Shown piece after piece: positions 29,805 through 38,358 of a stretch of DNA of 64,000 nt (positions are counted from its first letter, which is position 1; each line of letters starts with the position of its first letter). The notes beneath the pieces were generated by a model, which saw only the letters and a list, made by a program, of their open reading frames with translations, had not been told where the DNA came from and made no database searches. The position numbers were made by a program, and so were the translations under genes. This stretch comes from Tagaea sp. (lineage in GTDB: Bacteria > Pseudomonadota > Alphaproteobacteria > CACIAM-22H2): NCBI GenBank assembly GCA_965279565.1, contig OZ257249.1, positions 2,897,116 through 2,961,115 of the forward strand, written 5' to 3'.

Positions 29805-30948
29805 TGACTAGCTCCGCGACGCCGCGATGGACGCGGCGGCAGGGAACGCGCCTTCCGTCCGGCCCGAAGAGGAGGGCGCGCGCGGGATCGAAACCGAGTC
29901 GTATCGGCTCGCCGGTCCGGACGTCGAGATCGGTACGGCCTTCGAGGCGCGCGATCGCGGCGGTACCCGTCGCATCGTGGCGGACATGCACGAGAACGGA
30001 GTCCCCGAGGAACTCGACATGCTCGAGCCGCGCCTTGAAACCGCCGCGTGCGAGGACCTGCAGGTCCTCGGGGCGTATCGCGAGTGTCACGGGGCCGGCG
30101 GCAGGTGCGACGAGATCCGTCGGCTCCGAGCCCAACCGGACCAGCCCGTCCGGCCCGGCCTGGGCGGGCAGTGCGTTGATGCTCGGCGAGCCGACGAAGG
30201 CGGCGACGCGCAGGTCGACCGGATCGAGATAGACCTGCTCCGGGCGGCCGATCTGGAGGATCTCGCCACTCATCATCACGGCGACCCGGTCGGCCATCGT
30301 CATCGCCTCCGTCTGGTCATGCGTGACATAGATGGTCGCCGCGCCGACGCGGCGATGGATGTCGACGATCTCCTTGCGCGTCTGGACACGCAGGGACGCG
30401 TCGAGATTCGACAGCGGCTCGTCCAGCAGGAACGCCTTGGGGTGGCGGACGATCGCGCGCCCCAGCGCCACGCGCTGACGCTGGCCGCCGGAGAGTTGGC
30501 CCGGCTTGCGGTCGAGCAGGGGGCCGATCGCGAGCAGATCGGCCGTCCGACGGATTTCGGCGTCGATCTCGGCCAGCCGGGCCCTCGTGCCGGAAAGCAT
30601 CCGCCCGACGAACGGCAGCCTCTGGAACGCGTCGAGGCGGCGCATGACCAGCGGAACCGCCATGTTCTGGCGGGCGGTCAGGTGCGGATAGAGGGCATAG
30701 GACTGGAAAACCATCGCGACATCGCGTTCGGCCGCCCGTCGTTCGGTCACGTCTATGCCGTCGATCCGAACCGCACCGGAATCCGGCGTTTCGAGTCCGG
30801 CCACGATGCGCATGAGGGTCGTCTTGCCGCAGCCCGATGGCCCCACGAGGGCGACGAACTCGCCTTCATCGACCTCGAGCGAGACCCCTCCGAGCGCCAC
30901 GAAGTCACCGAAGCGTTTGACGATGTTCTGGACACTGACCCCGGCCAT
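29797..30948 (-). CDS. sugar ABC transporter ATP-binding protein (MalK/UgpC-like)
   Basis: Walker A GPSGCGKTT, signature LSGGQRQRVALGRA, and a C-terminal TOBE-like domain. Confidence 0.85.
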   Translation of the reverse strand: MAGVSVQNIVKRFGDFVALGGVSLEVDEGEFVALVGPSGCGKTTLMRIVAGLETPDSGAVRIDGIDVTERRAAERDVAMVFQSYALYPHLTARQNMAVPLVMRRLDAFQRLPFVGRMLSGTRARLAEIDAEIRRTADLLAIGPLLDRKPGQLSGGQRQRVALGRAIVRHPKAFLLDEPLSNLDASLRVQTRKEIVDIHRRVGAATIYVTHDQTEAMTMADRVAVMMSGEILQIGRPEQVYLDPVDLRVAAFVGSPSINALPAQAGPDGLVRLGSEPTDLVAPAAGPVTLAIRPEDLQVLARGGFKARLEHVEFLGDSVLVHVRHDATGTAAIARLEGRTDLDVRTGEPIRLGFDPARALLFGPDGRRVPCRRVHRGVAELVSG

Positions 30949-31091
30949 ATCGCTCCTCCGACATTACCGGGCGGACTCTGTCGGCAAGCGGTGACGGAAA
31001 TGCTTTGGTCGAATGAAGATGCCGTTTCAGTCCGATGTGGTTCACGTGACGGCGGGTTGCGTCCGGCGGCGCGTCCGCGCAAAGTCCCGGC

Positions 31092-31805
31092 ATGGCGGAT
31101 ATGGATTCATTGGCCGGAAGCGGGCTTTTCGCGGTCGTTCCCACTCTCGACGCGGCGGCAAGTCTGGAGGCGACGCTTGCCGTAATCCGGACGGCGGAAA
31201 TTCCGATGCTCGTCGTAGATAGCGGATCCGTCGATGCGACGGTCGAAGTCGCGCGCCGGGCGAATGCACGCGTCCTCGCCGCGCCGAGCGGCCGCGGCAA
31301 TCAACTCGCCGCCGGAGCGGCAGCGGCCCTCGAGCAAGGCGGTCGATGGCTCCTGTTTGTCCACGCGGATACACGCCTTCCAGACGGCTGGATTGCCACG
31401 ATCCGCAAGTTCATCGACGCGAACGCGACAGCAAATCGAGCCGGCTATTTCTGCCTCGCCTTCGACGACGCCGGTCCACAAGCGGCGCGAGTTGCTCGGC
31501 TTGCGAACTGGCGGTCGCGTACGTTCGGCCTGCCATACGGGGATCAGACGCTGCTTGTGCCGGCGGAACTCTATCGGGCGGTCGGGGGATACCGGCCGAT
31601 CCCGCTTATGGAAGACGTCGACCTCGTCCGGCGGATCGGGCGCGCGCGTCTCGTCGAAATGGATGGTACCGCGACGACATCGGCAGACCGCTACCGGCGC
31701 GGAGGCTGGTGGCTCCGGCCGGTCCGAAACCTGATCTGCCTCGCGCTCTGGATGGCCGGCGTACCGCCCGAACGGCTGGTCGGCTTCTACCGGGGAAGAC
31801 GATGA
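31092..31805 (+). CDS. family-2 glycosyltransferase resembling 'rSAM/selenodomain-associated transferase 2' (TIGR04283-like)
   Basis: 237 aa with a GT-A fold (VVPTLDAAASLEATL...VVDSGSVDATV...DxD-like MEDVDLVRR). ATGA overlap with the next gene. Confidence 0.65.
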   Translation: MADMDSLAGSGLFAVVPTLDAAASLEATLAVIRTAEIPMLVVDSGSVDATVEVARRANARVLAAPSGRGNQLAAGAAAALEQGGRWLLFVHADTRLPDGWIATIRKFIDANATANRAGYFCLAFDDAGPQAARVARLANWRSRTFGLPYGDQTLLVPAELYRAVGGYRPIPLMEDVDLVRRIGRARLVEMDGTATTSADRYRRGGWWLRPVRNLICLALWMAGVPPERLVGFYRGRR

Positions 31806-32395
31806 GGCCCACTCTCGTGATTTTCGCAAGATTCCCGGCTCTTGGCCGCGTCAAGACCCGTCTCGCCGCCGGCATCGGCGACACCGCCGCGCTCGCCTTC
31901 CATCGGACGACGCTGGAGCGCACATGCCGGATGGCCACGCGCCTGCCGTGGCGCGTCGAACTCCATGTGACGCCAAACGCCACGTCGCGCTTCCCACGCC
32001 TCTGGCCACGTGTCGGGCGCACACGTCCGATCGCGCAGGGGAGCGGCGATCTTGGCGCGAGGATGGTCCGCGCGTTTGCCCGCCGTTGCGGACCGACGCT
32101 TCTGGTCGGCTGCGACATTCCTGAGATGACAGTCGGCCACCTGCGCTCTGCTGCATTGCTGCTGGGAGCAAGCGACGCGGTCTTCGGGCCGGCCAAGGAC
32201 GGAGGTTTCTGGCTCGCCGGCTTCCGCAACGGTCGGCTGGCCCGCAGGGCATTCGCAGGCGTACGCTGGTCGAGTCCGCATGCTCTGGCCGACTGCCTTG
32301 CCAATCTTCGGGGCCGGCGCATGGCCTTTGCCCATGTTCTGGACGACATCGACGATCGAAGCGATCTTCTGGCGTGGCGGAGGCGTACGGCATGA
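31802..32395 (+). CDS. DUF2064 protein resembling 'rSAM/selenodomain-associated transferase 1' (TIGR04282-like)
   Basis: Real start at the internal ATG (MRPTLVIFARFPALGRVKTRLAAGIG...GCDIPEMT...GPAKDGGFWLAGF), which are hallmark DUF2064 motifs. The listed ORF 31346.. carries an Arg-rich spurious N-terminus. Confidence 0.65.
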   Translation: MRPTLVIFARFPALGRVKTRLAAGIGDTAALAFHRTTLERTCRMATRLPWRVELHVTPNATSRFPRLWPRVGRTRPIAQGSGDLGARMVRAFARRCGPTLLVGCDIPEMTVGHLRSAALLLGASDAVFGPAKDGGFWLAGFRNGRLARRAFAGVRWSSPHALADCLANLRGRRMAFAHVLDDIDDRSDLLAWRRRTA

Positions 32396-32450
32396 AACCA
32401 TTTTTTCTGCGTGCGCGAACCAGATACGGGGTTTGGCGGAAGGTGGAGAC

Positions 32451-33392
32451 ATGCGGTCAGGGGAGATAGGGAAGCCAACGATGAAGTTCGTCGATCCGCA
32501 ATTCACGCTTTCCGGACAGAGTCGAGCGAAGGTGCGGCTGAAAGCGCTGCGCACGCTCTGGCTCAATACCGGTACGCTCTGCAACATCGCTTGCGCCAAC
32601 TGCTACATCGAGTCTTCGCCGCGCAACGACCGCCTTTCCTACTTGCAGCGCGACGAAGCGGCTCGCTTCGTCACCGAAGGCGTGGCGCTTTCCCCCGAAC
32701 TTGCCGAAATCGGATTCACCGGCGGCGAGCCATTCATGAATCCCGACATCATCGGAATGCTTGCCGACGCCCTCGACGCGGGCCTGCGCGTGCTCGTGCT
32801 GACCAACGCAATGAAGCCGATGTGGAACCGGCGCGAAGCTCTCGGCGCGCTGCTGCGCGACCATCCGGATCGGCTTATGCTGCGCGTCTCGCTCGACCAC
32901 TACACGCGCGAACAGCACGAGCAGGTGCGCGGTGCCGACACGTGGGAACCCGCGATCGAAGGGCTGAAATGGCTGGCCTCTGCCGGTGTCGCGCTTGCGG
33001 TCGCCGCGCGAAAGATCGGACCGGAAGGCGAGCCGGCGCTGCGTGCCGGCTTTGCGCGACTCTTCGAAGCGCAAGTCATCCCGGTCGATGCTGCGGATCG
33101 CCAGCGCCTCGTCCTCTTTCCCGAAATGGACGCGAACGCTGACGTGCCGGAGATCAGCGACGCTTGCTGGGGCATACTCGGAAAATCTCCCGACGACGTC
33201 ATGTGTTCGAGCGCAAGGATGGTCGTGCGCCGCAGGGGATCGAGCCGGGCAAGCGTCGTCGCCTGCACGCTGCTGCCCTATGACGAGGCATTCGATCTTG
33301 GGCCGACGCTTGCCGATTCCACGGGGCCGGTCCCGCTCAATCACCGCCACTGCGCCAAGTTCTGTGTTCTCGGCGGAGCTGCCTGCAGCTAG
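32451..33392 (+). CDS. radical SAM protein with a C-terminal Cys-rich domain (rSAM/Cys-rich 'selenodomain' family-like)
   Basis: CNIACANCY (CxxxCxxC) radical-SAM motif near the N-terminus. The C-terminal region is Cys-rich (CWGILG...MCSS...VVACTLLPYDE...HRHCAKFCVLGGAACS). Start at the ATG with an AGGTGGAG SD. Confidence 0.7.
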   Translation: MRSGEIGKPTMKFVDPQFTLSGQSRAKVRLKALRTLWLNTGTLCNIACANCYIESSPRNDRLSYLQRDEAARFVTEGVALSPELAEIGFTGGEPFMNPDIIGMLADALDAGLRVLVLTNAMKPMWNRREALGALLRDHPDRLMLRVSLDHYTREQHEQVRGADTWEPAIEGLKWLASAGVALAVAARKIGPEGEPALRAGFARLFEAQVIPVDAADRQRLVLFPEMDANADVPEISDACWGILGKSPDDVMCSSARMVVRRRGSSRASVVACTLLPYDEAFDLGPTLADSTGPVPLNHRHCAKFCVLGGAACS

Positions 33393-33468
33393 GCGGTGCG
33401 CCAGGAAGTTCTCCAAAACGTAACAATGCAATCACGCCCGGCTCACAGAATCAGCCTACGCAGGCGTA

Positions 33469-34755
33469 TTGCCCAAGTTTACGGAAAAGAGAACGCACGT
33501 GTTTGCAGATCGAATCGAATCCGGGTCCGCCACGCTGCGGAACATCAATGCGGCGGTGAACCGGAGCGCTGTGCTGTCGAAAGTCGGTCTTCAGGAACGG
33601 CTCTTCTCGCTCCTGTTTTCCGGGCTGGTCTATTCCCAGATATGGGAAGATCCGGCGATCGATCTCGAAGCCTTGAATCTTGGTCCCAACGACCGGGTCA
33701 TCGCGATTGCATCGGGCGGATGCAATGCACTCAGCTATCTCTCCGCGGCTCCCGCAAGAATCACGGCTGTCGATCTAAATTTCCATCACGTCGCGCTCAA
33801 CCGCCTGAAGATTTCGGCAATCCGGTATCTCCCGGACCATGACGAACTTTTCCGATTTCTCGGGAAGGCCGATTCGCCCGAGAATCTGGAGCTCTACGCC
33901 AGCCATCTGCGTGGCCGTCTCGATCCGGACTCGCGCGCATACTGGGACGGGCGCGACATCCTAGGGCGCCGCCGGATCGGGATGTTCGCCAGAAATGTCT
34001 ACCGCAAGGGCCTTCTCGGCAGATTCATCGGCGCCGGGCATGCGATCGCGCGGCTTCACGGATGCGATCCGTCCCGATTGCTGACCGCGAGATCCTTGCG
34101 CGAACAGCGCGAGTTTTTCGAGGCGGAGATCCAGCCAATCCTGCGTTCGCGCGTCGTCCGGTTTCTGGCCGACCAGCCATTCTCGCTCTACGGACTCGGG
34201 ATACCACCAGCTCAGTATGCGGCATTGCTCTCGTCGGCATCCGAAGGGATGAAGATGGCGGATGTTCTGGAGCAGCGCCTACGGCGATTGGCCTGCGCCT
34301 TTCCGGTCGCCGACAACTACTTTGCTTGGCAAGCCTTCGGACGGCGCTATCCGGACGGAGTGGACCGGACCGTGCCGCCATATCTCGCGCGCGCCAACTA
34401 CGCCCGGATCCAGTCGACGATCGAGCGGATCGAAATTCGCCACGGCAATCTGATTGACGAACTTGAGCGCGCCGAGAATGCGTCGTTAGACGCCTATGTT
34501 CTGCTTGATGCGCAGGACTGGATGACGAATGCCGTCCTGAACCGGCTCTGGACCGCGATTCATCGGACCGCGAGGCTGGGTGCGCGCGTCATTTTCCGAA
34601 CCGCCGCCGAGCCGTCCTTGCTCCCTGGGCGCGTCGATCCAAGGATCCTCGGAAAATGGCGCTACGATGCCGAGCGCTGCCGCGACTGGACCAACAGGGA
34701 CCGTTCGGCGATCTATGGCGGCTTCCATCTCTACCGTCTCGACGAAGCCGCATGA
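33469..34755 (+). CDS. btaA: BtaA-like DUF3419 protein (S-adenosylmethionine:diacylglycerol 3-amino-3-carboxypropyl transferase family)
   Basis: About 420 aa, DUF3419/BtaA-like (LFSGLVYSQIWEDPAIDLEAL...). Start ambiguous: TTG at 33469 per the ORF track, or GTG at about 33499. ATGA overlap with btaB. Confidence 0.65.
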   Translation: MPKFTEKRTHVFADRIESGSATLRNINAAVNRSAVLSKVGLQERLFSLLFSGLVYSQIWEDPAIDLEALNLGPNDRVIAIASGGCNALSYLSAAPARITAVDLNFHHVALNRLKISAIRYLPDHDELFRFLGKADSPENLELYASHLRGRLDPDSRAYWDGRDILGRRRIGMFARNVYRKGLLGRFIGAGHAIARLHGCDPSRLLTARSLREQREFFEAEIQPILRSRVVRFLADQPFSLYGLGIPPAQYAALLSSASEGMKMADVLEQRLRRLACAFPVADNYFAWQAFGRRYPDGVDRTVPPYLARANYARIQSTIERIEIRHGNLIDELERAENASLDAYVLLDAQDWMTNAVLNRLWTAIHRTARLGARVIFRTAAEPSLLPGRVDPRILGKWRYDAERCRDWTNRDRSAIYGGFHLYRLDEAA

Positions 34756-35420
34756 ATCCGATACTCGCGACCTCGAATGGCGACGCGATGGACCGCATCT
34801 ATCGCTGGCAGGTGCCAATCTACGATCTGACCCGTAAATACTATCTGGTGGGGCGGGATCGGTTGATCGGCGAACTCGACCCGCCGCCGGATGGCTCGAT
34901 TCTCGAAATCGGCTGCGGCACCGGCCGGAATCTGCTTTCCGTTTCGAGGATGTACCAGCGCGTAGAGCTTTTCGGGATCGATGTCAGTGCCGTGATGCTC
35001 GAAACCGCCCGTTCTTCTGCCCGCATGTCGAAGTACGGTGCGCGCATCGCGTTCGCGCAGGCCGATGCCGGCACGTTCGAACCGATGGCCCTGTTCGGGC
35101 GCCGGAGCTTCGACCGGATATTCATCTCCTATGCGCTTTCGATGATTCCAGATTGGCGGGCTGCGCTCGATCGGGCCATGGCGGCACTGCAACCGGATGG
35201 ACGGCTCCTGATCGTCGACTTCGGCGAAATGGAGCGGCTGCCCGGGCCGCTGCGATGCGGTTTCGGGAGATGGCTTGCCGCCTTTGCGGTCAAGCCGCGG
35301 GTGGATCTCGCACGGGTACTCGCGGTCAAGGCGGCCAGAGACGGCCTTGTGTCTCGTACGGAATCGCTTCTCGGCGGCTATGCCATCTATGCCACCGTGC
35401 GGCAAATGCCGAACGACTGA
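34752..35420 (+). CDS. btaB: BtaB-like class I SAM-dependent methyltransferase
   Basis: 222 aa from the internal ATG (MNPILATSNGDAMDRIYRWQVPIYDLTRKYY...) with SAM motif I ILEIGCGTGRN. Gene order btaA-btaB matches the DGTS betaine-lipid pathway. Confidence 0.65.
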   Translation: MNPILATSNGDAMDRIYRWQVPIYDLTRKYYLVGRDRLIGELDPPPDGSILEIGCGTGRNLLSVSRMYQRVELFGIDVSAVMLETARSSARMSKYGARIAFAQADAGTFEPMALFGRRSFDRIFISYALSMIPDWRAALDRAMAALQPDGRLLIVDFGEMERLPGPLRCGFGRWLAAFAVKPRVDLARVLAVKAARDGLVSRTESLLGGYAIYATVRQMPND

Positions 35421-35424
35421 GCAT

Positions 35425-35665
35425 CGATGTTCCTTGATTGCCTTTGGGGCGCTGGCGAGTAGCCACAAAGGCATTCGACGGCTTCGAATCCTGCACCCTT
35501 CCCCGTCGACTTCCAAATCTCGCTTGGGGCTCAATGAGGCTATTTGGGGTGGCGATGACGGAAAGCCGTTGTGGAAGGGATGGGCTCGCCATCCGATGGA
35601 GCTTCAATGCTCTTGGTTTCCACTCGCTTCCCTTAAATGCCTAAAATCGTCGAATTTCCGCCGCA
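35425..35665 (+). repeat. degenerate remnants of the repeat family: a leader-like start GTTCCTTGATTGCC with T-arm-like CGACGGCTTCGAATCCTGCACCC (35476-35498), and a 5'-only leader copy E (about 35610-35665: CTCTTGGTTTCCACTCGCTTCCCTTAAATGCC...)
   Basis: Shares the TTGGTTTCCACTC...TTCCCTT leader start with copies A-D, but the tRNA-like module is missing or decayed. Sits between btaB and the SDR genes. Confidence 0.45.
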
Positions 35666-35679
35666 GATGGCGGGGAATT

Positions 35680-36435
35680 TCAAGTGATGCAAAGTCCGCC
35701 GTCGATCCGCACGATCTCGCCGTTGACATAGGCCGACGCGTCGGAGGCGAGGAACAGGATCGTGCGCGCGACGTCGTCCGGAGTTCCCTCGCGGCGCAGC
35801 GGCACGCGCGCCGACGTCTTGGCGCGCGCGGCCTTGTTGTTGCGCCGCGTCTGGAGCGGCGTGTCGATCAGGCCGGGGGCCACGGCGTTGACGCGGATGC
35901 CGTCGGGCCCGACTTCCTTGGCGAGCGAGCGCACGAACGAAGCGACCGCGGCCTTCGCCGCCGCATAGGCCGAAGCGCCGTGGCCGCCGCCGTCGAACGC
36001 GGCCATCGAGCTCATCGCGACGATGGTGCCTTTGCGGCCCGCCATCGCGCGGATCGCGGCGCGGCAGGTGAGGAACACCGAGATCAGGTTCGTGTCGAAC
36101 GTACTGTACCAGTGGGCGAGGTCCGCGTCGGCCACGCGCACGCGGCCGAGCAGATCGCCCGCGTTCGCGACGACGATGTCGGGCGTACCGAGGCGGCGTA
36201 CGACGGTCGCGAACAGGCGCTTCGTGTCGGCCTCGCGCGTCAGGTCGGCGCGGACCGCCAGGCAGCTCTGCCCGGCGCGTTTGGCCGTGCGCTCGATCCG
36301 GGCGGCATTCGCCGCACTGGTGCGGAACGTGAAGGCGACGCGCGCACCGGCAGCAAGGAACGCGCGCACGGTGGCTTCGCCGATGCCCGACGCACCGCCG
36401 GTGACGACAACGACCTTGTCGCGCAGGCCATCCAT
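35680..36435 (-). CDS. SDR-family oxidoreductase
   Basis: 251 aa from the internal ATG (MDGLRDKVVVVTGGASGIGEA...). Catalytic YxxxK (YAAAKAAV), NAG motif. Confidence 0.8.
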   Translation of the reverse strand: MDGLRDKVVVVTGGASGIGEATVRAFLAAGARVAFTFRTSAANAARIERTAKRAGQSCLAVRADLTREADTKRLFATVVRRLGTPDIVVANAGDLLGRVRVADADLAHWYSTFDTNLISVFLTCRAAIRAMAGRKGTIVAMSSMAAFDGGGHGASAYAAAKAAVASFVRSLAKEVGPDGIRVNAVAPGLIDTPLQTRRNNKAARAKTSARVPLRREGTPDDVARTILFLASDASAYVNGEIVRIDGGLCIT

Positions 36436-36440
36436 CGCCG

Positions 36441-37220
36441 CTAGCGCCCGCCCGTCACGTCGACGAAGGCCGCGGTCGCGAAAGCGGCCTTGTCCGACAG
36501 CAGGAACAGCGCGAAATCCGCGATCTCGTCGGGGCGGCCGGGGCGGTTGAGCGGGATCATCTTCGCCATGTTGGCGTAGTGGTCGGCCCCGTCGACGTCG
36601 TGCGCCGGCGTCATGATCGTCGCCGGGCGGATGACGTTGACGCGGATTCCTTCGGGTGCCACCTCGACCGCGACGTTGAGGCTGAAGCCGTCGACCGCCG
36701 CCTTCGCCGCGGCGTAGAGCACGAGCCCGCCCACGCCGTTCTTGCGGCTGGTCGGGCCGCCGCGGCGCGCGCAGTCCGACGAGATGTTGACGATGGCACC
36801 ACCCTTGCCGCCGCGCTTCGTGGACATGCGCTTGATCGCCTCGCGCGTGCACATGATCGTCGAATAGAGATTGAGCGCCGTCACGGCCTCGATCTGCGCG
36901 AGGCTCGCGTCCTCGGTGCGGCAGCCATCGGGGCCGAGCGATATCTTCCCGCCGCCGGCATTGTTGACGAGCGCGGTGACCGGGCCCAGCTCGCGGTCGA
37001 TCGTCGCGAACATGGCGACGACTTCGTTTTCCCTCGTCACGTCGGCCTTGATCGCGACCGCCTTGCCGCCGCCCGCGCGGATATCGGCGACGACCTTGTC
37101 GGCCTCCATCGGCGACTGGTTGTAATTCACCGCGACGCGGTAGCCTTCGCTGCCGGCCTTGCGGCAGATGGCGGCCCCGATGCCGCGGCTGCCGGCCGTC
37201 ACCAGAATGACGCGATCCAT
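36441..37220 (-). CDS. SDR-family oxidoreductase (tandem to the previous)
   Basis: Start at MDRVILVTAGSRGIGAAI with a GGGAGG SD. Catalytic YAAAKAAV motif. Confidence 0.8.
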   Translation of the reverse strand: MDRVILVTAGSRGIGAAICRKAGSEGYRVAVNYNQSPMEADKVVADIRAGGGKAVAIKADVTRENEVVAMFATIDRELGPVTALVNNAGGGKISLGPDGCRTEDASLAQIEAVTALNLYSTIMCTREAIKRMSTKRGGKGGAIVNISSDCARRGGPTSRKNGVGGLVLYAAAKAAVDGFSLNVAVEVAPEGIRVNVIRPATIMTPAHDVDGADHYANMAKMIPLNRPGRPDEIADFALFLLSDKAAFATAAFVDVTGGR

Positions 37221-37326
37221 GCGCTTTACCTCCCGAACTGGAGCCTTTCCCGGCTTGACGCATTGCCCGGGCGGACTTAGCATCCCTTAGAATAGGTCAG
37301 ACCTATTTAGTCAAGTTATCTGTCCA

Positions 37327-38124
37327 TTGCGCAGCGAGGTCCAGTTGGCGGTCAAGCCCCTCAAGAAGCTCGAACGCGGCGAGGCGACGGGTGGCGAAAC
37401 GGCCGGCAAGGGCGGCTCGCGGCCGTTCTTCGTGGCCCAGATCGGCCAGCGCAAGCGTCTCTACGAAGAGATCGCGGCGCGCATCGAACAGCATCTGCGC
37501 AGCGAGAATTTCCAGCCCGGCGATCGCCTGCCGCCCGAGCGCGAGCTTGCCCAGCAGCTCGGCGTCAGCCGCCCGTCGCTGCGCGAGGCGATGATCGCGC
37601 TCGAGACCGCAGGTCTGATCGAAGTGCTGGTCGGCAGCGGCACGTTCGTGCGCGCCCTCGCCCCCGAAGGCTTCAAGTTGCCGTGGGCGCGCGCCGGCGA
37701 TCCGGGCCCGGGCGTGCGCGAACAGTTCGAGGCACGCAAGCTGATCGAGCCGGAACTGGCCTTCCTCGCCGCCGAGTTCGTCACGCCCGAGGAAATCGAG
37801 ATCCTGCACAAGGCCGTCTATGCGGCGGCCGCGAAATTCGCGCAGGGCGAGCTCGCCGAGGCGGAGGACTACACGTATCACGTGACGCTCGCGGAAGCCT
37901 CGCGCAACACCGTGCTCGCGATGCTGATCCGCCACCTGTGGGACCTGCGCCAGGGCGAGATGTGGTTCAAGCTGCGCGCGCGCGTCGTGCTGCCCGAACA
38001 CCGCATGGAAGTGATCGCCGACCGGCGCGAGATCGTCGAGGCGCTGCGCCGGCGCGACGGCGCCACCGCGAAGGCCGTGATGGTGCGCTACCTGCAGCGG
38101 GCCGAGCGCCGATTCTTCGATTAA
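37327..38124 (+). CDS. GntR-family transcriptional regulator with FadR-like C-terminal (FCD) domain
   Basis: wHTH region RLYEEIAARIEQHLRSENFQPGDRLPPERELAQQLGVSRPSLREAM plus an FCD-type all-helical C-terminal domain. Exact start uncertain. Confidence 0.8.
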   Translation: MRSEVQLAVKPLKKLERGEATGGETAGKGGSRPFFVAQIGQRKRLYEEIAARIEQHLRSENFQPGDRLPPERELAQQLGVSRPSLREAMIALETAGLIEVLVGSGTFVRALAPEGFKLPWARAGDPGPGVREQFEARKLIEPELAFLAAEFVTPEEIEILHKAVYAAAAKFAQGELAEAEDYTYHVTLAEASRNTVLAMLIRHLWDLRQGEMWFKLRARVVLPEHRMEVIADRREIVEALRRRDGATAKAVMVRYLQRAERRFFD

Positions 38125-38242
38125 TGGCCTGACCTATCAGCTTGTCGATCTGCCTGTTTGCTGGGCGAAGTTTCGTGGATAGCTCATAATATACAAGTAA
38201 TTTCAGTTATTTGATTGAATTCAATCTCCGGCATTGCGTCGC

Positions 38243-38282
38243 TTGACTCTCCAGTAGTGAAAAAATAGATTGGTCTTACCAA
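38243..38282 (+). promoter_or_regulatory. candidate sigma70-type promoter (TTGACT-N17-TAGATT) overlapped by a GntR-type palindrome TTGGTCTTACCAA
   Basis: Seen in the AT-rich intergenic region about 80-110 nt upstream of the binding-protein gene. TGGT-N3-ACCA matches the general GntR/FadR operator pattern. A second perfect palindrome GATTGAATTCAATC lies at 38213-38226. Confidence 0.35.
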
Positions 38283-38358
38283 CAGATGACCGGATCGTCG
38301 GCCGTCCGGTTCAACGCGATCCTGCCGGCAAAGGCGGGACGCCAGGGAGGAAATCGCG

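Noticed and set aside
32451-33392. In-frame TGA selenocysteine in the radical SAM Cys-rich protein.
   Set aside because: The ORF runs uninterrupted to a TAG stop with Cys at all candidate positions. There is no downstream continuation and no SECIS-like hairpin. This is a Cys-type homolog.
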